64,000 nucleotides of DNA, taken from the NCBI GenBank assembly GCA_963762015.1, contig CAVXJL010000003.1:1478-65477 (forward strand). The letters run 5' to 3'. Under the pieces are notes generated by a model. The model was not told the origin of the DNA and searched no databases. It was given only the letters and a program-made list of their open reading frames with translations. How positions within the stretch are numbered: position 1 is the stretch's first letter; each line of letters starts with the position of its first letter. This document shows positions 28,823-39,139 of this stretch, piece by piece. The translations under genes were made by a program, and so were the position numbers. This stretch comes from an uncultured Actinomycetota bacterium (GTDB taxonomy: Bacteria; Actinomycetota; UBA4738; HRBIN12).

Positions 28823-30857
28823 TCACGTTCGATGGGCCGAAGACGCGAGACCGTTGGGCGTCTGAGCGGGATCCTGGGCCGGGCGGAGCAGAGAGGCGGC
28901 CGTGTAGAGGGCTGCGACGACCAAGATCAGCCCTCTGTATCCGAGGACAACGCTGCTGTACTCGAGGACGCCGCCGAGGATGGCTCCCAAGAGGTTGATC
29001 CCGAAGGCCGTCGTTGAGGAGCCGACCGACCTGAACCGCTCCGCGAAGATCAGGTTCGCGAAGAGGATCGGGGCGAATGTGATGGTCGTTGCCGCGACGA
29101 ATCGGGTCACAGGGGAGAGACCGAGAAGCTGCTCGGGTCTGATGAACCAGGCCACTCCGAGGGAGACGAGCAACGCGGAGTACAGCAGCCGGGGACGGAG
29201 CCGCTTCACCCTCTCCGCGATCTCGATGGCGAGAAGAACGGAGAAGAGGATGCCGGCGAAGACGAGTGAGTTGACGAGCCACGTCGTCCCGAAGAGGAGA
29301 GCGAACTGCACGATGCTCTTCGTTTCCAGCAGGAGGAACGCAGCGCCCATGAAGAAGAGATCCAGGTATCGGCGCGCGTCGGCCACCTCCACATGTCCGA
29401 AGCGTGTGATCGCGAGTGCGGAGCCGAGGAGCAGAGCTGCCAGCGAAACGAGGTAGAACGCCGACAATCCCCAGCCCTGGGCGTAGGGGAAGGGGGAGTT
29501 GTCGGTCGCCGGGCGTGGGACCTCCGGAGGAGGAATCCAGAACGTCGAGCACCGTAGGACATCCGGTCGGGCAGAGATGGTGAGTACCGCTTGATAGTTG
29601 GCACCGGCACCCGGCTCCCCCACATCCAGGCACGGGCGTGAGCCGAAGACCTCCGTGAGGGTCGCCGCGTACCGATCGAAGACGTCTGGGCGGTAGTAGT
29701 TGTACATGGAGAATGCGCCGTCCGGTTTGAGGTGGGACCGCACGGCTTCGAAGGCTTCTCTCGTGAACAGGAAGCTCTCGAGCCTGAGCGATCCCTGCCC
29801 TGCGACGAGGACGAGCGAGTCCGGGAGAGCGAAGAGGATGAGGTCGTATCTCCGATCGCTCCGCTCGAGGAACGCTCGGCCATCCTCCACATGAGGACGG
29901 ACCCGCGGGTCCTGATAAGGCCGGTTCGGATGGCGCTCTCGACCTAACTCCTGGAGGACCGGGTCGATCTCGACCGCGTCGACATGCTCCGGCGCCGCGA
30001 TCGAGAGCGAGGGCGACATCGTTGCCGGAGCCGGCTCCGATGATGAGCACATCGTCCAGCGGGTTCTCCGGGATGTGACGATACGGGTAGGTGTAGAAGG
30101 GCTGTTCCCTCACCAGATCATCCAAGGTCCAGATGGACTGGTGTGGGCTCCCGTTCACGAAGATCGGCGTTCTTCCGTCCGGCTGGCGTGCTTCGACGTC
30201 AACCCGATAGTAGGGAGACCAGATATCGCCGGAGATCAGCCCCTGCGCGCCCAGCAGGGCGATCGCCAAGCCGAGCGCCGTCCAATGGAGTGGTGTTGCG
30301 CGACGCCCCATCGTCGCGCCGAAGAGAAGGGCGACGGCGAACACCCAGGCGACCGGGGGCAGTCGCAGGATCGAGGCGAACGTGAAGAGGACGATCCCGA
30401 GGATGCTTCCGATGATGTCCAGACGGTAGGCATGCAGGGGTCGGAAGGTGACGAATACGCGAGCGACGCCCGCCGCCGAGGCCATCATGACGAGCGTGAC
30501 GAGGATGAATATCAGTGACAGGGAGAGCCACACCGGCAGCGATGGCATGCCGAACGCGCCGTGCGTGGCGCCGCTCCGCTGTCCCACGGGGAAGACCATC
30601 ACGAAGGCGATGGCGAGGAGCAGGAGGAACGGCAACGACGAGAAGGGATCTCGCTTCGAGTTCGCACGCAAGAACCCGAGCCCGATGCCGAGGAAGCTGG
30701 CGAGGAGAACGAAGTTCGTGAAGTAGCGCACATAGACGATGTGTGCCGCGACCAAGCGGATCAGCGCGAGCTCCAAGAAGAGCATCAGGCAACTGAGAAG
30801 AACCAGCTGTTGCCATCCGCTCCGCGTCGTTCCGGGATCCGCGGACCCCTCAGTCAT
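28823..30857 (-). pseudogene. Membrane-embedded spermidine-synthase-like protein (TM domain - SpeE-like methyltransferase fold - TM domain), one frame break
   Basis: N-part is in ORF 28785..30857 (7 TM helices, then SPYYRVDV..VLIIGAGSGNDVALALDRGA). It continues in ORF 28823..30052 (EHVDAVEIDPVLQELGRE..YDLILFALPDS..LKPDGAFSMYNY.., then about 5 more TM helices). Break at ~30000. Confidence 0.8.
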
Positions 30858-31082
30858 CCCGCGATGGATACCGGCAGCCGGAGCCGTCGATCGGTAGCTG
30901 TGGACCGAGGAGCTCGCAGACGATCGGAGAGCGCACGTTGCGGGCTCGCGGGGAGCGCAACCACCCTCTCGTATCGATCACCCAGCACTCTCGATTCTCT
31001 CAGATCCTCCTCCGCCCCAAGAGTACTCAGCGTGGCGACCGTGGAGGCACAGGCGGGTCGTTGGCTCCGTCTTCACTGGTAG

Positions 31083-31127
31083 GGGTGCCCCGGCAGGGAT
31101 CGAACCTGCGACACAGGGTTTCGAAAG
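31083..31127 (-). repeat. tRNA-Arg 3'-half-like fragment (direct repeat of 32480..32525; possible att-site remnant)
   Basis: gggtgccccggcagggatcgaacctgcgacacagggtttcgaaa matches the anticodon-loop-to-3'-end part of the tRNA at 32480..32552 (gggtgcccccggcaggaatcgaacctgcgacacacggtttaggaaa), with a few mismatches and one 1-nt gap. No D-arm or acceptor 5' strand follows, so it is not a complete tRNA. Confidence 0.6.
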
Positions 31128-31237
31128 GCAGTGATTGTGCGCCGTCCGTGGCGGCGCAGACACGGAGCATCACGTGCCCGTCGGGCACGAAACTTCGAAC
31201 GAACGCCGCTTCGACGCACCCACCCAAAGCGAGCCCG

Positions 31238-32236
31238 TCATGGAAGAGCCGGCCTCGGATAACTCAGACCGACCGCCGCCGCGGGGACGAAGTCTCCCCC
31301 GGGAGGGGCGCCCACGCTGGCGACACCGTCTACGGACGGGAGCCCGGGCCAACTGATCCTGCGCCCGTCTGCTGACAGCTTCGCGGGACACCCTGCTTGT
31401 TGCATCCCATCGTGGGGATAGACGAACTGACCTGCCCTCTTGCGCGCCGGTTGGATGTAGAACTCGCGGAGGACGAGTGGCGCACTCAGTTGGCAGTTGA
31501 TCGAAGAACTGCTGTCGGAGGGGTCGACCGTCTGGGTGCCGAACGAGATCGCCCTCAGGGTCTCCGGCGGGGAGACCGCTGCGCCGTTCCAGTATCCGAA
31601 CACGTTCGCGTTGAGGATCTTCACCGCGCCGATCGGAGGTCCGAGCGGGTTGTTCTCCCGGCGCAGGTAGAGGTTGTTGTAGTGGCTCGATGCCGTGAGA
31701 CCGTCGATCCTCAGAGCCTTGATCCCGCCGAACGGCTGGATCACGTCCGCGTGGAGACTGCTCGCGGTGCCCTTCAGATCGACGATCCTCGTATTCACGA
31801 TCTGGACTATCGCCCGGGACGCGTTGATCCTGATCCCGTCCGATCGAGCCCCGCTCGAGCTGTTGATCAGGAGGCCCTCGAGATGAACGATCCGACCGTC
31901 CTTTGCCCCGGGGCCGTCGGCGACGATGATGTTCGGACCAGCTTCGGCCATCGAGAGGTATCCGCCGATCACCCAGATATCGCGCCCTCCCCTGATCTCG
32001 AGCACACCGGTCTTCTTGACGGCCGGCAGAACCAGCACGTAGTCCCGCGTGTCGTTCAGCCGGAGCCGGTCCGGACCGACGTGAAGCGCGAGGGTGATCG
32101 GATCCGTGAGGACCGGACGAGGGAAGGCCGTGCCGACGGCAGTAGGAACGACGGGGAGCGAGCGAGCTGTGGCAGGATCGGATGAGCTGAGGGCTGCGCT
32201 GACGGTGACGCTCAGAAGGGCCGAGACGGTGGCCAT
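31238..32236 (-). CDS. Secreted right-handed beta-helix-like protein (hypothetical)
   Basis: Inner ATG 32236 gives a signal peptide (MATVSALLSVTVSAALSSS). Periodic short beta-strand repeats (VLEIRGGRDIWVIGGYL, IVHLEGLLINSS, GIRINASRAIVQIVNTRIVDL, ALRIDGLTASS..) resemble pectate-lyase-fold proteins. GC is visibly lower than in the surroundings. Confidence 0.55.
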   Translation of the reverse strand: MATVSALLSVTVSAALSSSDPATARSLPVVPTAVGTAFPRPVLTDPITLALHVGPDRLRLNDTRDYVLVLPAVKKTGVLEIRGGRDIWVIGGYLSMAEAGPNIIVADGPGAKDGRIVHLEGLLINSSSGARSDGIRINASRAIVQIVNTRIVDLKGTASSLHADVIQPFGGIKALRIDGLTASSHYNNLYLRRENNPLGPPIGAVKILNANVFGYWNGAAVSPPETLRAISFGTQTVDPSDSSSSINCQLSAPLVLREFYIQPARKRAGQFVYPHDGMQQAGCPAKLSADGRRISWPGLPSVDGVASVGAPPGGDFVPAAAVGLSYPRPALP

Positions 32237-32479
32237 CGCGAACACGTTCCGCTGGACCCCGCGCCGTGAGCGAGGTCGCGAGGCCGGCCGGCTGAAGATG
32301 TGCCCGCTCTCGCGTTCCGTCGCTCGTCCCAAACTCGTCCCCCGGCCCCGATATCGGCATCGGCGACCATCGAACTTGAGCGGTGATCGGGGGAGGATAG
32401 CGGGTCCGGGGTCGAGGTAACGGGCGCGGGTAGCGGCTTGCTCGAGTCGCTGCCATCCGGAACGGAAGGACTCGAAGGG

Positions 32480-32552
32480 TGCCCCCGGCAGGAATCGAAC
32501 CTGCGACACACGGTTTAGGAAACCGTTGCTCTCTCCACTGAGCTACGAGGGC
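32480..32552 (-). tRNA. tRNA-Arg (anticodon CCT)
   Basis: Manual fold of the minus strand: acceptor GCCCTCG/CGGGGGC, D-arm GCTC-AGTGGAGA-GAGC, anticodon arm ACGGT-TTCCTAA-ACCGT, variable loop GTGTC, T-arm GCAGG-TTCGATT-CCTGC, discriminator A. 73 nt; CCA is not encoded. Confidence 0.9.
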
Positions 32553-32644
32553 CAAGGGCCAGGGCCCGAGCGCTCGGGCATCGAGTAGCGAGTGTATCGG
32601 GCTGCTCGGCGGATCTATCGAGCGTTTCCGTCAGTGAGCTGGTG

Positions 32645-33095
32645 TCAGCCGCGGGCCCTCCGCATGGCTTCGATCTCGTCGAGATGCTCGCCTCGATGCT
32701 CGTACCGGCCCGCGTAGATCGGGCTGTCGGGGTCGTGGGGATACAGGCGGTCGAGTGGCAGCTCCGCGACCCGCGTGTCCGTCTGCTCGGCGATCTGAAG
32801 CGCGAACTCCGCAGCGTCCCTCGGCCTGATCGCGTGGATCAGCGGACGGGTCGAGTCGTTCAGCCAGTCGCCGTCGGGTTCGGCGTCTCCCGGCGCCCAC
32901 GGCTCGCCGCGATCGATCTTCTCGGCGAGCACCAGGACGCGGATGTCCCAGTACGCGATGTGACCGAGCACGCCGGCGACCGTCCAGTACCCGTTCACGG
33001 GAGCGTTCAGCGCGTCATCGTCCAGGCCTTCGATGAGCGCGCATGCGCTCGCGCTCACGGGTGTTCGCCTCGTTGTAGGAGCGATCGTCAGCCAT
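32645..33095 (-). pseudogene. DinB-family (mycothiol-dependent-enzyme-like) protein, one frame break
   Basis: ATG 33095: MADDRSYNEANTRERERMRA, then a +/-1 shift at ~33040 into the frame of ORF 32645..33259 (LIEGLDDDALNAPVNGYWTVAGVLGHIAYWD..YEHRGEHLDEI). The H..H..H pattern is that of DinB four-helix-bundle proteins. Confidence 0.65.
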
Positions 33096-33138
33096 GGTGC
33101 AACCCTACGTGACTCCAGCGAGGGTATAGGGTCGATGA

Positions 33139-35274
33139 GTGATGAGGGTGCGCCGTGTTGGCATCGCGCTCGTCGTGTTGGCGTCGGCTGTGACCACAAG
33201 TCCGCTCCATCCCGCGAGCGCCACAACGCGCCTGTCTGCCACCGTGCAGTCGACACCACCCGGATTCACCGATGCGCTCGTCGTATCTGTCGGCGCGCCG
33301 ACCGCGTTCGCCTTCCATCCCGACGGGCGGATGCTCGTGACGACGCAACCGGGCCGAGTGCGGATCGTGCGCAACGGAGCACTCCTCCCCACGCTCGCCC
33401 TCGATCTCACCGGCGTGGTGTGCGGTGACTTCGAGCGCGGACTGCTCGGTATCGCCCTCGACCCCGGCGTGTCCACCAACGGGTTCGTCTATCTCTTCTA
33501 CACGTTCCGGAAGTTCGGCGGTTGCCCCGCGAACAGCCCACAGTCGCCGGTCAACCGCGTCTCCCGGTTCACGCTCACCGGCGACACGATAAACCTCGCC
33601 AGCGAGCTCGTGCTGGTCGACGGGATGCCGTCGCCGAACGGCAACCACAATGCCGGCGACGTCCACGTCGGCAACGACGGCAACCTCTACGTCTCGATCG
33701 GCGACGGCGGATGCGACTACGCCGGCAACAGCGGCTGCGCGGGCGCCAACGACGCGGCGCGCGATCTGCATGCGCTCACGGGCAAGATCGTCCGGATCAC
33801 CCGCACCGGCGGCATCCCACCCGGCAACCCGTTCACGGGCCCCGGCACCGCCCGGTGCAACACGGGCTCGGTGTCTCCCGGCACGAGGTGCCAGGAGATC
33901 TTCGCGACCGGGCTGCGGAACCCGTTCCGGTTGGCGTTCGACCCCACCACCCCTCCGAACGTCACGTCCTTCCGCATCAACGACGTCGGCCAGAACATCT
34001 GGGAGGAGATCGACGTGGGTCTCGCCGGCGCGGACTACGGATGGAACGTCCGCGAGGGCCACTGTGCCACCGGGTCGACGACCAACTGCGCTGCGCCACC
34101 CGCCGGCATGACGAACCCGATCCACGATTACGACCACTCAGGAGGTTGCGCGTCGATCACCGGCGGTGCGTTCGTCCCCGTCGGGGTGTGGCCATCGAGC
34201 TTCGACGGCGATTACCTGTTCAGCGACTACGTCTGCGGCACGATCTTCCGCCTGGAGCCAGACGGCACCGGCGGGTACGTCCGCACCCCGTTCATAACCG
34301 GGCTCGGTGCGAACAGCGCCGTGCACCTCGGGTTCGGCCCCTTCGGCACCGGCTCCGGCGCAACGCAGGCGCTCTACTACACGACCTACGCCGGTGGCGG
34401 GCAGGTGCGGCGCCTCTCCCACGGCGTGCCGGTCGCGTCGTTCACCGCGTCGCCGTCGAGCGGTCCCGCGCCACTCACCGTCACGTTCGACGGCTCGGCC
34501 AGCAGCGACCCCGACGGCCAACCGCTCACCTACGAGTGGGCCTTCGGCGACAACACCACGTCGACGACGGGCCCGACGGTGCAGCACACGTACGGAGCAG
34601 CGGGCTCCTACACCGCCACGCTCGTGGTCCGCGACGGCTCCGGGAACGCGTCCCCGCCGACGAGCCAGGTCATCAGTGTCTCGACGAGCGGCAACACGCC
34701 GCCGACGCCCACGATCCAATCGCCCGCCGTCGGCGCGACGTTCGCCGTCGCCCAGCAGGTGACGCTCAACGGGCGAGCCGTCGACGCGCAGGACGGCAAG
34801 CTGCAGCCCGGGCAACTCTCGTGGCTGGTCCTGCTCCACCACGTGCCCGAGGGCGGCACCGAGCACACCCACCCGCTGGCCTCGGGAACGGGCACATCGC
34901 TCACGTTCGCGTACCCGGCGCCTGAAGATCTCGCTGCAGCCGGGGGCAGCTGGGTCGAGGCCATCCTCACCGCCACCGACTCCGGAGGGGCGTCGGCGAA
35001 CGTGGCACGCCGGCTCGACCCCGTCCGCGTGGCCATCACGTTGGCAACCACGCCGGTGGGCTTCCAGCTCACCCTGGCGACGCCGAGCGACCCGACCCGG
35101 ACGTTGGTCGCGCCCTTCACGTTCACCTCGTGGCAAGGCTGGCCGCTGACGATCGGCGCGCCGTCCCCCCAGAATGGCAGGGCGTTCCGCTTCTGGTCCG
35201 ATGGCGGCTCGCAGACGCACACGGTCGCGACGCCTGGGGTGGCCACCACCTACACGGCGACGTTCGGCAAATAG
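33139..35274 (+). CDS. Secreted PQQ-dependent sugar (glucose/sorbosone) dehydrogenase beta-propeller with PKD domain and C-terminal Ig-like region
   Basis: 711-aa intact ORF with a signal peptide. Soluble-GDH-like motifs (AFHPDGRMLVTTQPGRVRIV..ERGLLGIALDP..NHNAGDVHVGNDGNLYVSIGDGG..LRNPFRLAFDP..ITGGAF). PKD repeat (PLTVTFDGSASSDPDGQPLTYEWAFGD..YTATLVVRD). Confidence 0.85.
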   Translation: MMRVRRVGIALVVLASAVTTSPLHPASATTRLSATVQSTPPGFTDALVVSVGAPTAFAFHPDGRMLVTTQPGRVRIVRNGALLPTLALDLTGVVCGDFERGLLGIALDPGVSTNGFVYLFYTFRKFGGCPANSPQSPVNRVSRFTLTGDTINLASELVLVDGMPSPNGNHNAGDVHVGNDGNLYVSIGDGGCDYAGNSGCAGANDAARDLHALTGKIVRITRTGGIPPGNPFTGPGTARCNTGSVSPGTRCQEIFATGLRNPFRLAFDPTTPPNVTSFRINDVGQNIWEEIDVGLAGADYGWNVREGHCATGSTTNCAAPPAGMTNPIHDYDHSGGCASITGGAFVPVGVWPSSFDGDYLFSDYVCGTIFRLEPDGTGGYVRTPFITGLGANSAVHLGFGPFGTGSGATQALYYTTYAGGGQVRRLSHGVPVASFTASPSSGPAPLTVTFDGSASSDPDGQPLTYEWAFGDNTTSTTGPTVQHTYGAAGSYTATLVVRDGSGNASPPTSQVISVSTSGNTPPTPTIQSPAVGATFAVAQQVTLNGRAVDAQDGKLQPGQLSWLVLLHHVPEGGTEHTHPLASGTGTSLTFAYPAPEDLAAAGGSWVEAILTATDSGGASANVARRLDPVRVAITLATTPVGFQLTLATPSDPTRTLVAPFTFTSWQGWPLTIGAPSPQNGRAFRFWSDGGSQTHTVATPGVATTYTATFGK

Positions 35275-35286
35275 GCTCTTTCCCGG

Positions 35287-36042
35287 TCAGTCGTAGCGGC
35301 GGATCGAGCGGACGCTGAGCGCCACCATCGCGAGGCCGGCCAGGGCGACGACCGCGAATCCCTTGCCGATCACCGACCAGTTGAAGTCCTCGAGCACGAG
35401 TGAGCGCATCGTCTCCATGATGTACGTGACGGGGTTGAACGTCGCCGCGATCTCCATGGGCCTGGTCAGCAGATCGCGGGGAACGAAGCTCGGCGTCAGG
35501 AACAGCAGTGGGAAGAAGATGAGTCCCGCCGAGTTGGTGGCGGCTGCGCTCCGCGTCTTCAGGGCGATCAGCTGCATGAAGCCGGAGAACACGACGGCCC
35601 AGGTCGCGGTGATCAGGATCAGCAGCACGAAGCCGAGCGGCCCGCTCGCGATCGTGATGCCGAACGGCAGCGCCACGAGCACCATGACCGATGCGATCGC
35701 CGCGCTCTTGAACGCCTCGGCGAACAGGCGACCGAACACGATGGCGGTCCGCGGGATGGGAGCGGCCCGCAGCCTGTCGAAGTAGCCGCCCTCGATGTCC
35801 TCGACGAGGTAGAGCGCCGCCGTACCGAAGGACGCGGCGAGCAGCAGCGAGCTCGGCAGCTGGAACGCCGCGTAGTTCTGACCCTTGAGGAAGGGCGTCG
35901 ATCCGGTGGGGAAGATCTTGGCCGCCTGCCCGACGTTGACGACGAGGAAGAACAGCGGGATGAACAACGTGGGGAGGAGCGCCTCCGGCGTTCGGAGCGC
36001 CTCGCGCACGGAACGCTGTACGAGCACCACGAACCTACTCAT
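35287..36042 (-). CDS. ABC-2 type transporter permease
   Basis: Inner ATG 36042 overlaps the ATPase stop (ATGA). 6 TM helices with an ABC-2 pattern (LFIPLFFLVVNVG..IEGGYFDRLRAAPI..). Confidence 0.85.
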   Translation of the reverse strand: MSRFVVLVQRSVREALRTPEALLPTLFIPLFFLVVNVGQAAKIFPTGSTPFLKGQNYAAFQLPSSLLLAASFGTAALYLVEDIEGGYFDRLRAAPIPRTAIVFGRLFAEAFKSAAIASVMVLVALPFGITIASGPLGFVLLILITATWAVVFSGFMQLIALKTRSAAATNSAGLIFFPLLFLTPSFVPRDLLTRPMEIAATFNPVTYIMETMRSLVLEDFNWSVIGKGFAVVALAGLAMVALSVRSIRRYD

Positions 36043-36839
36043 GCCTGCACCTCCTGCACCTCGCCGGCGACCCGTTCGCGTGTGCGACCCGTCGCGTCCA
36101 GGAACACCTCGTCGAGCGTCGGGTCGTGGTCGAGGCTGCGCCGCTGCCGCAGGTCTGCCTTCAGTTCCACAGGCGTGCCCTCCGCGACGATCAGTCCGCC
36201 GTCGATGATCGCCAGCCGGTCGCACAGTTGGTCAGCCTCTTCGAGGTACTGGGTGGTCAGGAAGATCGTGGTGCCGCGCTCGTTGATCCGCCGCAGCTCG
36301 TCCCACACGGTCAGCCGGCTGGCGGGGTCCAGCCCCGTCGTCGGCTCGTCCAGGAAGAGGACCTCCGGCTCGTGCACGAGCGCCGACGCGAGGTCGAGCC
36401 TCCGCTTCATGCCGCCGGAGTACCCCTTGATGCGTCGGTCGGCGTCCTCGACGAGGTCGACGAGCTCGAGCAGTACCTGTGCCCGGTCTGCTGCCTCGGT
36501 CCGCGACATACCGAAGAGGCGGGCCTGCAGGATCACCAGCTCGCGACCGGTCTGGCGGATGTCGAGCCCGGCTTCCTGCAGGGCGACGCCGATCTTCCTG
36601 CGCACGGCGTCGGGATCGGCGGTCACGTCGACGCCGGCCACGCGTGCGCTCCCGGATGTGAGCGTCATGAGGGTCGTCAGCATCCGGACGGTCGTCGACT
36701 TGCCGGCACCGTTCGGCCCGAGGAAGCCGAAGACCTCGCCACTCTGGACATGCAGGTCGACGCCGCGCACCGCCTCCACCTCACCGCCGCGACCGGTGTA
36801 GTGCTTGACGAGTTGCTCAGCTTCCACCGCAAGGGTCAT
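36039..36839 (-). CDS. ABC transporter ATP-binding protein (DrrA-like exporter ATPase)
   Basis: ATG 36839 follows AGGAGAGG. Walker A GPNGAGKST, signature YSGGMKRRL, Walker B LFLDEPTTGLD. Confidence 0.9.
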   Translation of the reverse strand: MTLAVEAEQLVKHYTGRGGEVEAVRGVDLHVQSGEVFGFLGPNGAGKSTTVRMLTTLMTLTSGSARVAGVDVTADPDAVRRKIGVALQEAGLDIRQTGRELVILQARLFGMSRTEAADRAQVLLELVDLVEDADRRIKGYSGGMKRRLDLASALVHEPEVLFLDEPTTGLDPASRLTVWDELRRINERGTTIFLTTQYLEEADQLCDRLAIIDGGLIVAEGTPVELKADLRQRRSLDHDPTLDEVFLDATGRTRERVAGEVQEVQA

Positions 36840-36952
36840 GGATGAACCTCTCCTTCCCTCCGTCTCGTCCCTGGATCGAGGCACCCTACAGAGACCGAGC
36901 GACAACCGGTCCGACTAGCGCGGTCCGGTCACCCCGGCTAGGGTCCTGCCGC

Positions 36953-39139
36953 ATGGGGGTGGCCGAGGAAACGGTTCCCGGGCAACGAGTCGTCACGTTC
37001 GGCACGGTCGTCGTAGGGATCGTGATCGGTGCCGTCGAGGCGGTCTTCGCGGTTTCCTTCGCGGCGCTCGTCTTCTCCGGCTATCTGGAGTTCTACTTCC
37101 TCGACGACGGGGTCGGTCTCTTCCTCGGGGCGGCCGCGTTGACGCTCGCGTTCATGGCCTTGCGAGCCGGCCGGCGAGGCGTCGTCGGAGGGCTCCAGGG
37201 AACGGGCGCTGCCCTGATGGCGGTCGTCTCGGCGAGTGTCGTCGTACATGGCGCCGGGAGCCCGAACGATATCTTCCTCAGCGCTCTCGCCGCGGGCGTG
37301 GTGGTGGTGATCCTGTGCGGGGTGGTCTTCCTGTCGCTCGGGTCTCGCCGGCGAGGGGATCTGATCCGGTTCGTGCCGTATCCGGTCGTCGGAGGATTCC
37401 TGGCCGGCACGGGATGGCTGCTGTTCAAGGGCGGGGTCTACGTCGCGTCGGGGGTCTCGCCGTTCTTCAAGCCCCTGAGCGACCTGGGGGCGGCCGAGGC
37501 GTTGCGGCGCTGGCTCCCGGCCCTCGCGTTCGGCGTGATCCTGCTGCTCGCGGTGCGGGTGATCAAACGCCCGCTCGTGATCCCGGCGGTGATCGCGATC
37601 GGGTTCCTCGCGTTCGTGGCGGGGATGGTCGCCACCGGCTCCTCGATGGATGAGGTCCGCAGCGGGAAGTGGCTGCTCGGATCGTTCGATGCGGGGATCC
37701 TCTGGCAGACGTGGACGCTGAGCGCGATCGGTGGCGCCGACTGGCTCTCCGTGCTCGAATCGTGGGCCGGGATCGTGACAGCGGTCTTCGTGGCCACGTT
37801 CGCGATCCTGTTCAACATCAGCGGCACCGAGCTCGTCTTGGACCGGGACCTCGACACGAACCAAGAGCTCCGTGACGCCGGGGTCCTGAACGTCGTGTCC
37901 GGGGCGCTCGGGGGGATCCCCGGCTATCACGCGCTCAGTCTCACCGCGCTCGCGGAGCGCATGCGTGTCGACGCGCGGGCCGCGGGGCTCATCGCGGCGC
38001 TCGTCCCTCTGGCCGCCGTCGTGGTCGGCGCGGAGGTCGTGGGGCTGATCCCGCGGATGATCGTCGGCGGCGTCTTGGTGTTCCTCGGGCTCGCGTTCAT
38101 GGTTGAGTGGGTCTGGGACAAGCGGCGATCGCTCCCGCCGCTCGAGTACGCCGTGGTGCTCGTGATCGTGGTGGGGATCATCGCCTGGGGGTTCCTGATC
38201 GGCGTGGTGATCGGCCTGGTGCTCGCGGTGGTGCTGTTCGCCATCAGCTACGGCCGGATCGAGCTGGTGCACGAGGTCGCCTTCGGCGAGACCTATCGCT
38301 CGAACGTCGATCGGCCGACGACCGAGCGCGCCGAGCTGCGCACGCTCTCCGAGCGGGTCCAGATCCTGCGGGTGTCGGGGTTCGTCTTCTTCGGGTCGAC
38401 CAACCGCCTGCTGGAGCGGATCCGGCGCCGCGTGGACGAGGCCCCGCCGCCGCGGTTCCTGGTCGTCGATCTTCGGCGCGTGACGGGCGTGGACTCCTCG
38501 GCGGTCGTCTCGTTCGTGAAGGTGCTCCGCATGGCGGAGGCTTCCGGCTTCGAGGTCGTGTTCACCGGCGCCTCCGACCCGGTGCGCGCACAGCTGGCCC
38601 GGGGAGGCGTGGACGAGAGCGAGGGGCTCGTCTCCTTCGAGCCCGACCTGGATCGGGGGCTGCAGCGCTGCGAGGACGCGCTGCTGGGCGCACCCAGTCT
38701 CACCGACGCGAAGCGAGAGCACCCGGCCGCCCCCGGCCCCGACGGTCTACCAGCGGGCCTCGCCGCCCATCTCGAGCGCGTCTCGTTGCCTCAGGGCACG
38801 GTCCTGATCCACCAGGACGACCCGCCGGGCGACGTCTACGTGCTCGAGTCCGGGCGCCTGGTCGTGGAAACCGTCACACCCGAGGGAACGCGGCTCCGGT
38901 TGCGGACGCTCCGCCCGGGGGTCGTCGTGGGCGAGATCACGCTCTACACGGGCATCCCCCGCACGGCCGACGTGGTGGCCGAGGTCCCCAGCGTGGTCCT
39001 CCGCATCAGCCGCGCCTCGATCGAGCGCCTGGAGGCCGAGGAGCCGGAGCTCGCCGCGACGCTGCACCGGTGGCTCGCCACGACGCTGGCGGAGCGACTG
39101 ACCGACACGACGCGAACGTACGACGTCCTGTTGGACTGA
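36953..39139 (+). CDS. SulP-family anion transporter with C-terminal STAS and cyclic-nucleotide-binding domains (copy 1)
   Basis: 728 aa from ATG 36953. SulP core (IRFVPYPVVGGFLAGTGWLL..LNVVSGALGGIPGYHALSLTAL), STAS (VQILRVSGFVFFGSTNRLLERI..FLVVDLRRVTGVDSSA) and cNMP-binding domain (VYVLESGRLVVE..VVGEITLYTGIPRTADVVA). Confidence 0.85.
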   Translation: MGVAEETVPGQRVVTFGTVVVGIVIGAVEAVFAVSFAALVFSGYLEFYFLDDGVGLFLGAAALTLAFMALRAGRRGVVGGLQGTGAALMAVVSASVVVHGAGSPNDIFLSALAAGVVVVILCGVVFLSLGSRRRGDLIRFVPYPVVGGFLAGTGWLLFKGGVYVASGVSPFFKPLSDLGAAEALRRWLPALAFGVILLLAVRVIKRPLVIPAVIAIGFLAFVAGMVATGSSMDEVRSGKWLLGSFDAGILWQTWTLSAIGGADWLSVLESWAGIVTAVFVATFAILFNISGTELVLDRDLDTNQELRDAGVLNVVSGALGGIPGYHALSLTALAERMRVDARAAGLIAALVPLAAVVVGAEVVGLIPRMIVGGVLVFLGLAFMVEWVWDKRRSLPPLEYAVVLVIVVGIIAWGFLIGVVIGLVLAVVLFAISYGRIELVHEVAFGETYRSNVDRPTTERAELRTLSERVQILRVSGFVFFGSTNRLLERIRRRVDEAPPPRFLVVDLRRVTGVDSSAVVSFVKVLRMAEASGFEVVFTGASDPVRAQLARGGVDESEGLVSFEPDLDRGLQRCEDALLGAPSLTDAKREHPAAPGPDGLPAGLAAHLERVSLPQGTVLIHQDDPPGDVYVLESGRLVVETVTPEGTRLRLRTLRPGVVVGEITLYTGIPRTADVVAEVPSVVLRISRASIERLEAEEPELAATLHRWLATTLAERLTDTTRTYDVLLD

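Noticed and set aside
31083-31300. Possible second complete tRNA or tmRNA next to the T-arm-like sequence
   Set aside because: I could fold only the anticodon-loop, variable, T-arm and 3' acceptor strand. There is no D-arm, no complementary 5' acceptor strand within 80 nt, and no tmRNA-like GGGG 5' end. I treat it as a tRNA fragment or repeat.
38107-39138. 344-codon 5' extension of the second SulP gene ORF
   Set aside because: It overlaps the first SulP gene out of frame and is Arg/Gly/Pro-rich. The real start is ATG 39139 or 39160, the latter with GGAGGAG upstream.
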